Positions 1 through 13,022 of a DNA stretch of 64,000 bases are shown here, one piece after another. Origin of the DNA: Eledone cirrhosa (Eukaryota). A program made the position numbers and the translations under genes. Where the stretch lies: the NCBI GenBank assembly GCA_964016885.1, contig OZ024742.1, forward strand, positions 47,616,001-47,680,000. Reading direction: 5' to 3'. Position 1 is the first letter of the stretch, and the number at the start of each line of letters is the position of its first letter. The notes below the pieces were generated by a model. That model searched no databases. It was given only the letters and a program-made list of their open reading frames with translations, and was not told the origin of the DNA.

Positions 1-19
1 GGCGGACAAATTGGACAAT

Positions 20-125
20 CACGCATGCGAGGAATTGAACCTGCATATTACAGAGAGTGGTGAAGTGCTTCAATCACCATACCGGAATGCGGGCCGGCCA
101 CCAATTCCATCTTTACTGATATTCT
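20..125 (-). mobile_element. tRNA-derived SINE head remnant
   Basis: Minus strand has the B-box-like GGTTCAATTCC downstream of a tRNA-like GC-richer segment. Confidence 0.4.
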
Positions 126-999
126 GAATAATTATACAAAGCTGATTGTTTATATTATTATTAACGTTTGAACGTAGTCTCTATAACATGTTTTTACATC
201 TAACACTATATCCGAATAAACACAATAACCAGACGAAACATCTTTTTAAATTGTTCTAATTACATACGGGATTTAGCAAATAACAAATTGAGAATTTATA
301 ATGGATTATGAAATGACAAATGATACAAAAAATAGAACGTGTAAACCTTTTATTCAAATAAGAAGTTCAGAGAGAACATCATTGTCCTACGGTGACTTCC
401 ATTAATATATTAGACCTGAAAGTATTTCATACAATTTCAAACGATATCACGCTGTCTGTGACTAGCAGCAATAAACTCCATACCATACATCTAAAAATAT
501 ATTTTAGGAAACATGTCTGCAAAATTATCTCATGTTTACAAAATTGTTGCAGAACCTTCTCAAATTAATGTAATGTTGTGAAGAAATTAACACGCAATAG
601 GATGCTATAGGAAATTAATGTTTCGAAAATGCTTTTATACGTCACTATGGATATGTTTTTATATTGTTTGCATAAAAGAAAAAAAAAAGCTTTTGTCTTC
701 TAAATCTATATATTTAGTTCATATGATCTTAAAACGTAAATGCGCGTCGCTTAAATATGGAGCTACATATAAAATGTCACTCATAATATTATCTGTATAT
801 GAAGAAAAGACCCAAGGAAATCATTTTCAATGTATATGTAACCATATATATATGAATATTTAGAGATAAGTAGAGAGTAGCTATTCATTCAAAGATATTA
901 TTATATGTAAACACGCTTGCTCTCCAGTGTGACCATTTTTATTAAGGATTTGTCGTATTTCCATATCAGGTCTTTACGCTAGGGTTCTAAATACATGTG

Positions 1000-1034
1000 T
1001 GCATTAACGTTTCAAAGTCCTGTCTTCAGAAGCA
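1000..1034 (-). ncRNA. Degenerate minimal hammerhead-like motif
   Basis: Minus: tgctt-CTGAAGA-caggacttt-GAAA-cg-TT-aatgca; stem I bulged, stem II weak. Confidence 0.3.
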
Positions 1035-2520
1035 GAATGGTCATACACTGGCGTAATGGTCACTTTCTTAGTCGATTACACTAACTAATACAGCACAAGT
1101 GAAACCTATAATCATAATTACCAGTCTTCAGATGAGAATTTTAAATAAGGCGTTGGTGATACTGAAACCTTCACATGATATTTTGCGACCACTTATAAGC
1201 CAGGAGCCTGATGTATACGAGTGGGACCATTCTGATTCTAAATATGGAGATCTAAATATTTTAAAACGTTAATAAGCATATGGATTTAGGAATGCGATTA
1301 TTCTAAATTGTGCGTAAATAACTAATAAGGTAATACGAAATTCCTTAATAAATAAGGATCAACCTGGAGGATAATAATAGATTCACACTCTCACCTCTTC
1401 CTCTCTCTCTCTATATATATGCATATAATACATATATTTGTACATATATACTTACATCTAATTACATGAATGTGTGTATGTATAAAACAAGACATAGGGG
1501 GAGAAACAGAAAAATAGCTAGGCAAAATAGAGAGCTAGATTAATATTTGCTCATGTATCTATGTAAGTAAGGCTGGAGAGAAAAAAAGTAATCCAAAATA
1601 TAGGCATATACAGTTGATCAATGCGGGTTCACAAAGACATAAGTTATATGGTCAATTACGCATTATGTGTTTCTCATGTATTGCTACACACCATGCATAG
1701 TTTAAGAATAAGAGTTATCTCCCTCTCGTCCAAAGATAGTTTATCGCAAGTGTAAACATATTTGAGTTCATAATGAAAATATAATTTCTTCATATATGCT
1801 GTGAATTTTAGATAAGATTTAGCTTCTCACATCGTGTTATTTCTGGCATGGGTGTACTTTAATTAAGTTAGTACACATCAGTAATTCATTGGATTGATAC
1901 TCCATACTACCTAGAACAAAACCAAGATAATGAGACAATAATATTCCCTGCAGAAGTGGCAAGCCAGTGAAACATTGTTAAGGTTTTCGCAAGATAAATT
2001 AGTTTATTGTATAATTACTGATATTGTTAAAATATAGGAGTTTATAGATTATACATTCCATTAGCGATATATAAGTATTATGAATATTCAGCATGTGTAA
2101 ACAAGTGTATGTTTCGGAGATGGTTTACGCGGATTTCGCCGAATTTCGCGAGCCATCTCCGGATCAAGTTATTTCTCTGTTTGTGCTTTCCGTAATTCAT
2201 TTGATTGATTAACGGATTATGCCATCTGAACTTGACGATGTCGGCAATGACTCGAGTCATGATCGAATGACGTAACTTGTCCATTGAAATATGTCTAATG
2301 AATTTTGCAATATTAAACTTTTAATGGGATATTTACAGTCCGGGCTTCTTATGTTTTAAATAAATACTTAACTTGGTTTCTGTACCAGTCATTGGATTCA
2401 ATTCTACGATGGATGAGTTGCATAACGTAGGGTGTGTTCTTACTATTACATAAGTAATTATTAACCTGAATGACCAATGCAACCTGTTGGTAAACCATAC
2501 AACATCAATGGCACACACTC

Positions 2521-2551
<31 letters not shown>

Positions 2552-3853
2552 CATATATATATATATGTATATAGGTAAATGAGAAGGTAAAAAGAGATAA
2601 GAAAGCAAACGACACAGTATATTGAAGCCACTCTTTTGGAATAAGTCACCACCCCTCTACACGGGGCCTACTCTTCAAAAAGGGCTCAAGCTAATTATTA
2701 AGAAGTGATACATAACCGTCTATTAGAGAGAATGTTTTTAAAAATATATTTTAATGTTGCTTTGTGCAAATTTATCAAAGTTTCTCTACTTTAGAGAGAA
2801 CAGTTGATGAAAGTAGGGGGCACAGGATTTATATGGTGCATATGTAGACATGTGCATGAGTGTATGTATATGCGCATGTATAGTTATACAACGATGTTGC
2901 TTGTTGTCTATATATATCTATGTGTGTGTATACGTGGTTATATGCTTCTGGGAGTATTTAGACAATAACCACTCATCTCTAATCACAAGGATTTCACCAC
3001 ATGAGCTGGTAATGGACTGATGTATTTGAAATTTAAAGCGATCCAAAGCAATGTAAAAGCTTATCTGCTTTATTCAGTCGTTGCTCTCTCTCTCTTTTTC
3101 TCTCTCCTACATTCTTTCTCTCTCTCTCTCTATTTATTTATCGCCTTCTTAAAATCAGCCAAACATTTGTCACAATAATTAATTGCTACTCATATATAAG
3201 TAAATCATTTAACGATTTGAAGATTTGATAAAATATATCTTAAAAACATGAATTTATTTTACTTGCATATTAAAATCTTTCCTACAAATGGTATCCGCTC
3301 CATAACATTTTATGACAGCTGGGGGCTTGTAAAGATCCCCACGCTATCCTGTGCTGTCATTTCTGGCGCCTCACCCCGAAAGTATGTATCCGGTAGAATC
3401 TAGTTTCTTCCACTAGTTCCATACCTGTAAGGATTGTGATGTGCCAGGTTCCAATTTTCAGGTTTTGCTACATTTTTAACCCTCTTTGGGGTCTTGGTAT
3501 ACGCAAACTTTGAGAGCCAATCCTCCGCCATCCGGGACAGGTCGGAAGACCATCGCTTGATTTTAAAGAAGAAAAAGAAGAATTTTAGAATGTAACCTTT
3601 CCAAAGTAGTATAGTTTGATACCAAGCCAACTAAAATACAAAATTGTTTAAAAAATCTTCAATAAAAATATATAAAACCTTTATAATATTGTATTCAAAA
3701 CAATGAGAAAGTCATTTTTTTTTTATGTCTAAATTATCACGTGCAATAAATGTAATTTAATATGTAATTTGGTAATTTACAGTTTATTAAAAGTTTTGCC
3801 TGTAAGGGATTCATATATTCATGTATGCATGTAAGTAATTGTAGAGTACTTAC

Positions 3854-3911
<58 letters not shown>

Positions 3912-3913
<2 letters not shown>

Positions 3914-4402
3914 GTCAACTCTGGATGTTGGTGAGCATGTCCAGCTAACCTCAGTCTCCTCTGTATCACTTTTGAGCTCACTTTTGGGAGGCTCCCATAC
4001 AGCTCTGAGTTTTTCATCCTCAGTGTATACAGATTAATGTGCAGAGCCATCCTCAGCATTCTCGTGTATCATCCATCCACCATCTGAATGGGTTTCTTGG
4101 ACAGTGTCCAAGTCTCAGACCCGTACAACAGCACAGACTCCACTACAACAATGAAGAGGCGGATTTTCAGGTCTTTACGAAGGTCCGACATCCAGAGTTG
4201 ACATTGCACTCAGTGCTCCTGTGGGAGCCCCTACATGGACACACTGGAAGAGGAAGTCCAAGGTTAACGTATTTTGATACCCTAAGGACAGACACTGGTC
4301 TGTTGGAGACGCAGGAAATGGCAGCGATAATGAGGGACAGAGACCGCTGGAGAGAACTCGTCCATGGATCTCGGAAATTTTACCCGCCCTAGAAAAAAAA
4401 AA
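3912..4402 (+). mobile_element. RTE-type LINE 3' fragment with 5' inversion
   Basis: Minus 4204->3912 reads KIRLFIVVVESVLLYGSETWTL..DG*YTRMLRMAL..RRLRLAGH..HPELT; plus strand continues HPELTLHSVLLWEP..RDRDRWRELV; A-run at 4393-4402. Confidence 0.8.
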
Positions 4403-4434
<32 letters not shown>

Positions 4435-5039
4435 TATGGAGGGGAAGGTGTTTGTAGCTATATCGATGAAGTTATTGGATGTTGATGTGTCAATATGTGC
4501 TTGTGTATGTGTGCGCATTCGTGTGTATGTGTAGACAATCAACAATCGTCTCCTAACTCTATTATTTGACTTCATGACTTGGTAGAGAAATGAGGTATTT
4601 GAAATTCAAATAGATGTGAAATTTTATCCTGACTATTGATGCTCTGCTGCCGTTCGCTCTCTCCTTTCCTCTCCTATCACCTTTTCATCTACTTCCACTT
4701 TTATCTTTTCTTCGCCCACGTTGGTAGCGTTGTTGGGACAGAGTCCTCAAATACTCCTTCCAGCGGGTCCTGTCAGAAGCCACACTCTCCAACTGATCTG
4801 TTTTGATCCCTTAACGAAACCAACCAAGCTCATGGATGTTATTTTGCATAGACAAAGAAATATTGTGTGAACTATATACCTGTGCTGCGTATAGTATGTA
4901 TTTATTAATATTGTGGTTACAATGTAGCTAAACGGAGTGGGAATGAGATTCCATTGCTTAAAATGTGCTTCTTGTGCGCCACAAATAGTCTTTGGCAACC
5001 AAATCCAAATATTGGCCTTCTCGTATGGCATAACATGCA

Positions 5040-6680
5040 AGCCAGGTGGAATAGTAGAAGGGCTGTGGATATGTTCTGGCGTCTACAAAACAAGCGATGC
5101 GGGTAGATGGAACTCATCGGCCTAGCAGGGCACCCATTTTTGAGAATGCAATCTCTGATTATAAAACTCCACTGCATTGCAGCTATACACATCTTTGGAA
5201 ATTTCTTCTGGAATAGGACCTGAGGATAAATCGGGATTCGGATTCACTAAGGCTGCATGCACTGAGGGCGACATAGAACAACAAAGAGACAGCGGTACCC
5301 TGAGCAAATGACTACTTGTCACAGCTATGCGAAGGCATCATGTTTTCATTTGACACAGGCAAAATTTGCGGAATGTATGAGGGTACCAATGACGCTGTCT
5401 GTTCGAACAAGAACAAGATTGCTTCACTCAACACATCAGGTGAGGTCAACACAGGCAAACCAAAGCAGAGGGAAGGATTGGTGTATCATTACTTCGCAGT
5501 TTACACTAGATAAAAGGCACTAGACACCGTGGACCACATACCCGTTATGGAGGTGCTTGACGCATTGCTGGCCACAGCAGTGAGCAGAGCCATTGAGAGA
5601 TTGACCATTGAGAATGCGCCTGAATTAGATGGCTTCCCATCAGAGTTAATCAGCCAGGAAACGCCATTTTTTCAGTGGTGAAAGGAGGGTACAATCTCGC
5701 ATGACATGAGACTAAAGCAATGTCACCGGTTCGAAGAACAAAGGAGTCACAAGTGACTGTAATAGCTACCGAGGCATCATGCTGGTAAGCGTCGTTTAGG
5801 AGGTCTATACCATATGTTGCTGAAAAGATTATAGAAAATCATTGAATAGGTACAACCCGAATCTCATTGTGGATTCAGCTGAGAATGCTCCACCATCGAT
5901 ATTATCCTTTCCCTTCGACAGCTACAAGAGAAGTGCTGACAGCACTTCCTGAACTTAAAAATCAGCAAGCAGCCTCCGCATTCGCCTGGCTGTCCAAAAG
6001 AGTCGGAGGAGAGGACAGATTAATGATAAATAACACCAAAATAGATGTCTTAATTTGCGACAGCGAGACAGAGAGGTTTACTCCAGACAATTATCGGCAT
6101 CTCAATAGCTTCGATCCTCGTAACCTGATATGCATTTTCAATGTCAAGTGGAAAGACTAATTCAGTAACACTGAAGTCCTCAATCGTGCTAAGATACCCA
6201 GCATATTCACCTTGTCTCATCAGTGTCCTCGAAGGGGGTTACGTCACGTACATCATATGACAGATGGACGGGAGTTTTCCTCCCAAAGCTACAGTATGGG
6301 GAACTTGAGAAGTCACGTGAACATGAGGACGTCTGCATTTTCGTTTCAAATTATTCTGCAAAGGGGATATAAAGTCTCTAAATCTAGACGTCCACAGATG
6401 AGCAGAGGTCACAAATAATCGCCCACCCTGGAGACGAGTATTACGGAAGGATATGGAGCGACGGAGAGAGAAACTGGATTTTACAGCGGAGGAAAAAAAC
6501 CTGCTCGAATGTAGGACAACACAGTAACACTGGTGGATGGTATCTTTAAATGCAATCATTGCATACGAGACAGTCACTCACGAGTGGGCCTGTGCAGCCA
6601 CGGCTGATAATGTACAACCATCAGCTGTTGAAACAGAATTCTTCAAGCACAGATCCATGGTCTTCCGAGACAGAGGAATG
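5040..6680 (+). mobile_element. Degenerate, internally deleted RTE/BovB-like LINE
   Basis: Frameshifted motifs DTGKICGMYEG, DCNSYRGIMLVS, PESHCGF..STIDIILSLRQLQEKC, AASAFAWLSKRV; C-terminal C..C..HSRVGL.SH; 3' end ccatggtcttccgagacagagg. Confidence 0.8.
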
Positions 6681-7444
6681 TTAATATTGAATATTATATG
6701 GATCGATCATTTACACTTGGCTTCTTCTATTTCAGTGTTTTCTTTCTGTATAAACAATTATCTTTCACAATATTCAAACACGTATATGAATATATACATA
6801 CAGATAGACACGCATGCATATGTATGGATGTATGAAGGTATATATATATATATATGTATTTATGTGTGTATGTATATACGTTTGTATGTAGAAATCATAT
6901 ATTTTAAGGGAGCGCTTGGATGATTTGAAATATGAAATGTGGGAATCCCAAACGCAAAAGATAAATGTAACAACAGTCGATCCCTATAGATCTGGTACAA
7001 ACACCTAAAGGAAGAAAACAGTGGCCAGCAGCCTAGTGCTCGCCACGTTTCTCCGTCCCTATGTGCATTTTACGCGATTTTCTAAAGCTATAAATTTTGT
7101 ACCAACAGCTGCCACATTTTTCAATCGCTAAATATATTTTACCCAATTTACAAAGATTAATCTGTATCGCGACAGACTGTTAATACAGTTAATTTCTAGG
7201 TTTCCATCCTCGCATTTCAAATACAACTACAAGCCCACACAAACACTCACATAGATATATACATACATTTATAAACACATATATGTAAAATTATATGTAT
7301 ATGTGTATGTGGGAATGTTTATGCATTTGTGTGTCCATGTACAAGAATATTGAATCATTTTAAATTACTGAATATAAGTGTTCGAATGCTATACGATAAA
7401 ACGAAACACACCCACCCGTATACACACATACCTCCCTCATATAC

Positions 7445-7486
<42 letters not shown>

Positions 7487-8945
7487 ATATATATATATAT
7501 CTATAAACATATATTTAAGTATACATATATATAGATATATTTGTATGTGTGTATATATATATATATACATACAGTACATACATATGCGCGTGTGTGTGAG
7601 TATTTATTTAATTTCATATGCGTTTCAACTCTTTGAATATATGTGATATCGATATTTTGATTTTAATGCTTGAATTCACAATTTTCAAAGTCACAGCGTA
7701 TATTATCATTATATTGGTCTGAAATTAGAATAAAAGAAATCATAATTTTATTTGTCGAACCATACATTCTGTAATAGTTCATACACCTAAATCTCTGAAC
7801 TGACGTCAGCTGAAAAAGAGCTTTTTCAAATTATTTTAAACTCATGGAATTATGTTGGTTGGACATCTACATCATCTATAAAAATATATTGTTTTTAACT
7901 GACGTAGCTTGTGTACTTTGTTGTACAACCTGTTATCTACCTGAACTACATTGAAACATATGACCAGTAAGAGTTGGCAAAGTGTAGCGAATTTTACAAT
8001 GTCAGAAATGTACATTTGCCTTCGTTAGAGTATATAGCATCTTGTGAAAAATATGTTATTCAGTTACAATCGTAGCATCACTAAAGTTAAAGAAGAAAAG
8101 AAACGGGAAATAAAATTAAGTGGGTTGAAAAGGGATAAGAAAAAAACACCATTTGCAATTGTCTCAACATTTTGTATACCATTACCTATACAATGTTGTA
8201 TATAAACTTCAAATTTTTGTTAATTTCCAGGAGGAAGATTTGCAGCAATAATAATATAATTCATTGCAAGAAGGATGCGTAAAGAGAAGAAACTATTAAT
8301 ATATCGTAGAAGGAATTAGTGTAGCACAGTGTCCATGTGATATAAAGTATTTATTAATAGAAATTCTGTTTAGTGAATGCGGGCCGCAATACTGTGTAGC
8401 GAGTACTCATGTTGGTCATTTTATTATATGAATTCATTTCATGGTTTAAGTTTGTAGGACGAAATAATATTTGGATATTTGCTAATGTTAGCGTCATCTC
8501 AAAATATCTCTACAATATGAAGTAAAGATCGATCCAATTTCTATCAATATCGCCTTATATTCTAGAAATTAGCGTCCGTTATTATGAAGCATGTAGGATG
8601 AGTAGGAGCAAAAATTTAACAGCGTATATAATTTGGTTGACATAAGAAACTTAGAATTTGAATCTTCGGATCGTAATGCAAGGGACAATAAGGAAAGTAG
8701 ATGTGTGCCGAAAGACTTTGCAGACTAAATAACCCTCTGGTTACTAAACTGACTGTCGAATGGATTAGTTACCTGAATATTAATAATAAAAGTGAAGTGA
8801 AATTAACTGGTGAGTGAATTTTATTACCGGTTGCTCCCTCATAGAATTCAACAAAAATACACATACACCCACACACAGACACACATATATAGGATTATAT
8901 TACCAAGAGGTTCCTCATAGCATTTAACACACACACACACACACA

Positions 8946-9014
<69 letters not shown>

Positions 9015-9016
<2 letters not shown>

Positions 9017-9612
9017 AAGGAAAACAGAAATAACAACACCATCGGTACAGTATATAGAAGGAATATATTAGAATGACGCTCCAAATAGCAGGAAGAGTTT
9101 CTTAACGTTTCGGGCGCTAGTCTTTCATCAGAAGAATGAATGGAAAATTAGAAAGATTGCATGAGCGGCAGGGTGGAATAGGAAAAAAATGTGTTTTCAG
9201 AGAAAAATATCATGCCCATTTATGTTGCTATCTCTTGGAAAACTGTTGACGCTGGCGTTTTGTGTATGATACACATTTTTAGAGAAGTGGATGATGGAGT
9301 GCGTCTACCTGAAATGAAAATAACTGTTTTGTATATATAGCTATATATCCGCGCGCGCGAGCGTGTGTTTGTTATTATACGTCTGTACAAAGCTAAGAGG
9401 ATATGAGTGTGTATATGTAAATAAAAAATGTGTGTGTACTTATATGTACGAAACTGTGAGCAAAAGTATGTTAAAAAAGGGAATGTGTGTGTGTGTGAAT
9501 ACAGAGCTGCGAAGGGAAAAGTAGAGGTGCGTGTGCCTATTTTGTTGGTCTGTGTCAACTGTAAGAGTATATGTTTCTGACCATAAAAAGACATAGGAAT
9601 CTAGGGGTGAAT
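9015..9612 (-). mobile_element. Penelope-like element 3' UTR/pLTR fragment
   Basis: Reverse complement aligns by eye with 41985-42440, which follows a GIY-YIG remnant; contains a hammerhead; abuts (TA)n. Confidence 0.7.
9099..9136 (-). ncRNA. Minimal type I hammerhead ribozyme
   Basis: Minus: ttctt-CTGATGA-aagactagcgccc-GAAA-cg-TT-aagaa; 5-bp stem I, palindromic minimal stem III, stem II eroded. Confidence 0.65.
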
Positions 9613-9695
9613 GTACAAACGCGTCCGTAATACAGAAAATAACGGAAAATCGAGTTCATTGAAAATCTTATAAAATGGAGAAAAATGCCGAATGC

Positions 9696-9865
9696 CGGTA
9701 GAGGGTTGGACACCATGCTTTGTAGTATAGTTACGTCACATTACGGTCTGAGTTCAAATCCCGTCGAGCTTAACTTTGCCTTTCATCCTTACAGGGTCGA
9801 TAAAATAAAGTACCAGTAATGTAATGCGTAATTGCTGGCCTTGTGCCAAAAGTAGAAACAATTAT
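9696..9865 (+). mobile_element. tRNA-derived SINE (main family)
   Basis: gagttcaaatccc B-box; core ctttgcctttcatccttacagggtcgataaaataaagtaccag; tail ggccttgtgccaaaagtagaaacaatt. Confidence 0.85.
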
Positions 9866-10877
9866 ATTTAAACCTGCAATTTAGCTTCTATTTAAACGGC
9901 GTTTGTTGACAGGATTCTTTTAAATACATGGCACAGACAGTAATTGAGATGTACAGACTTCGATTCGCCGCAGTGGGTGCTGACCACGTTTTCCATCTAT
10001 AGCGGTATTCTATTCGATTTCTGAGCTATCATTTATAGTAATCATCTGCGTTCCCAGCTATTTTCTGCGTTCGAGATTTTCTACATTTTAATTGTTTTCT
10101 CTCTCTATATATATCTAATACGAGAAAGTTCAACCCCGACGGCAGTGCTCAAGCCTTGTCGACTGCTATTTCATATATATATATAGCCTATGTTTTAATG
10201 TTTCTTTTAGTAACATATCACACAAATTTAATTTGTAGCAAAAATTGACATCCATGAAAGTTATATCATTTAAATAACATATCTATAAACGTGTTTATTT
10301 AATATTTTAATTTGAGCATAAATATAGTTTTCTTAATTTGAGTGCCTGATAAAAATGCACTTTTAACTTCTTTCATAAAAGTCACGGTAGTTAATCAAGA
10401 AGTTAGACGATGTTTTTAAGTCAGGTTTTATAGCTGCAATCCTCGATGAAACCAGTTGTTGTTAGCAGTTTTGATATCTGTTGGTTTTCATAGTTAACAT
10501 TTTGAAGCCCTTTCATCCATCATATCAAAGAAAAGGATAATCCATTTTCAAAACAATTAATTGCACCGTTGTCTTTATAATCATACTCAAGTTGTTCATA
10601 TCGTTTCATGGTGGAATTAATGAGATGCCCTGCTTTATAATTATAATAATTATTTTAATTACTATAAAAAGGCAGCGGATTAACAAATATTACAGCGGCA
10701 AACAAAAGCCTCTATGATATTTAAGTTGTTTTACTTAATGCGTTTAGAACCTGCTCGTGTGAAGTTTGACGTTTATACTTAGTGAAGCATCTATATCAGT
10801 ACCGAGCAACAAGTGGATACATTATACTACATAGAACGTAAACAATCATTGTTAATCGTTGTTGTTATTATTATAGA

Positions 10878-11070
10878 GGGGCGGTGGATTGGCAGTATCA
10901 GTAGAGGGTCGGACGCCATAATGTGATGCATAGAGTTACGGCCCTTGCCAATCTGAGTTCATATCCCGCCGAGGTTAACTTTGCCTTTCATCCTTAAGGG
11001 GTCGATAAATTAAAGTACCAGTAATGCACTGGTTATTTGCTGGCCTTGTGCCAAAAGTAGAAACAATTAT
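10878..11070 (+). mobile_element. tRNA-derived SINE (main family)
   Basis: Full head ggcggtggattggcagtatc, B-box, core and tail; imperfect attatt..atagag flanking duplication. Confidence 0.9.
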
Positions 11071-11169
11071 TAATATAGAGTCGATTAAATCGACCTCAAT
11101 ACTAGTAATGTACGGACATCTATGTAATCGACTTTCGACAATCCCCAGAATTGATTGATTTTTGCTTAA

Positions 11170-11460
11170 ATCATCATCTTCAGGGGTAATGCCTCAGCCT
11201 GATCTCTTCGCCATATGGGATCTAGGAAACCCAGTCTTCTAACATTTATGACGTCTTTAATCCTTCTCAGGTCACCGTATAGAGACTCATTTATACGGTG
11301 CTCCTTTTCTGAGACATTTCGCCCTTTCCTCGGTAGTCTTGTATATGTGCCATCTAATCGTCTTTTAATCCGCCCCATACACGATCACACATTAAACTCA
11401 TAATCGAACGAACTTAACCTTTATTTGATTTCTAAATGACATCCATTTTGTTGCAACTGT
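11170..11460 (-). mobile_element. RTE-type LINE C-terminal fragment
   Basis: RRLDGTYTRL..HRINESLYGDLRRIKDVINVRRLGF. Confidence 0.7.
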
Positions 11461-11499
11461 CTAGGCTAAGTCAATGAAATTAATGGTAGAAATAATACA

Positions 11500-12200
11500 T
11501 CAACATGCAAGATAAAACGCCAAAACAACGCCTTCAAAATTAAAATGACCACTTACAAAATCTTGGTTAAGCAGCTATTATAAGAGAACAAAATATCATA
11601 CGCGTAGTTGGCAGTACATTACTAATCGTTGATGATAATTTCACAAACGACGAACTATTGAAAACAATTAAATCCTTCAAAAACGGGAAAGAAGTAAGAC
11701 TCGATGACATTTCAATCGAGGTCTGGAAAATCGAAGCGTTAGTTGACATACTACTCGAAGTGTACAATAAAATATTTCGTGAATATAAGCCAACAATCTG
11801 TAGTAAAAGCGGTATAACTCCATTTTTAAAAAAAGGTGATCTTAATGATGTAAAATGTTACCCTGAAATTAGTCTCACAGTAATAGCATCTAAAGTCCAC
11901 AACAAATTGCTACTGAATTGAATTAGATCTCGTTTATAACCAATTTATCGCATGGATATCGTTCAAATTCATCAACGCTGAGGCCAACTTCCAACTGTTA
12001 TCACATTCATTGATTTCGATGCCCATCATAATGGAAGTGTATGGAATTCCGAGGAGAATTGTGACAGCAGGACGTGTTCTCTACGACCACCATGCACCAA
12101 AAGTAGTGTCCCTTTGTGGTGAAACTAACTTCTTCAAACTGAAATACTCTAGTTCCGTTCCTCTTCATACTATCACTCGATTATGCAATGAGACAAACCT
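11500..12200 (+). mobile_element. RTE-type LINE reverse transcriptase fragment
   Basis: KSFKNGK..DDISIEVWK, PFLKKGDLNDVKCYPEISLTVIASKVHNKLLLN, TLVPFLFILSLDYAMR. Confidence 0.75.
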
Positions 12201-12244
12201 AAATCAGAAACAGTTATTCATATAGACTAATTTTCTTTTTTATA

Positions 12245-12586
12245 TTGCGTACATTTACTGCAGAATCGAGCGCAACTGCCATTTCTTTAAAGGTGGATGA
12301 ATATGTGGCTGAATATCTAGATTGGAGGGGTGAACTGCGAGAGGGCACTTATAATGGCAGTTACGGTTACTGCGGCTTTTCGTCGACTTGTTCGATGAGA
12401 TACTCTCGGAAGTTCACTCCACTTGGACAATTTTCTACCCTTTGAATTATTTTTACATGTTTCACATTTTTATACTATCACACGTGTTACACGCAAAACC
12501 CCACTCTATTTACTTGTGCCCTGTCTACATCATATTTCCTGTTTTCTCGATGCTAGCCCTGTGTGGGTAATAAAGAAACCATTATT
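12245..12586 (+). mobile_element. Tx1-like LINE 3' end remnant
   Basis: Ends gccctgtgtgggtaataaagaaaccattatt, like the four larger Tx1-like copies. Confidence 0.55.
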
Positions 12587-12616
12587 GTTATGAATATGAT
12601 GGATAACTAGTTCCGT

Positions 12617-12822
12617 CGATTGGCAGTATCGGTGGAACGTCTGAGAAGGTGCTTTATGACATAGAGTTACGTCTCTTTACTTCCATAGTTCAAATCATGC
12701 CGAGGTTTGTTTTGCCTTTCACATCATTATAGGGTCGATAATGTAATACACTGGGGTCGATTTAGTCGACTGTCCCTCCCCCAAAACTGTTGGCCTTATG
12801 CCTAAATCAGAAACCATTATTA
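12617..12822 (+). mobile_element. tRNA-derived SINE (long variant)
   Basis: Same head, core and tail plus an extra ctggggtcgatttagtcgactgtccctcccc segment. Confidence 0.8.
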
Positions 12823-12827
12823 TGGAT

Positions 12828-13012
12828 GATTGGAAGTATCGGTAGAGGGACTGACGCCATGCTTTAACGCATAGAGTTATGGCCATTGCCATTCTGAGTT
12901 CAAATCCCGCCCAGGTTTAACTTTGCCTTTCATCCTTACGGGGTCGATAAAATAAAGTACCAGTAATGCACCGGATAATTGCTGGCTTTGTGCCAAAAGT
13001 AGAAACCATTAT
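12828..13012 (+). mobile_element. tRNA-derived SINE (main family)
   Basis: Head, core and tail; attattatggatgattgg duplicated on both sides. Confidence 0.88.
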
Positions 13013-13022
13013 TATGGATGAT

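Noticed and set aside
2116-2160. GC-rich hairpin within a possible DNA-transposon remnant
   Set aside because: No termini or second copy found, so it cannot be classified
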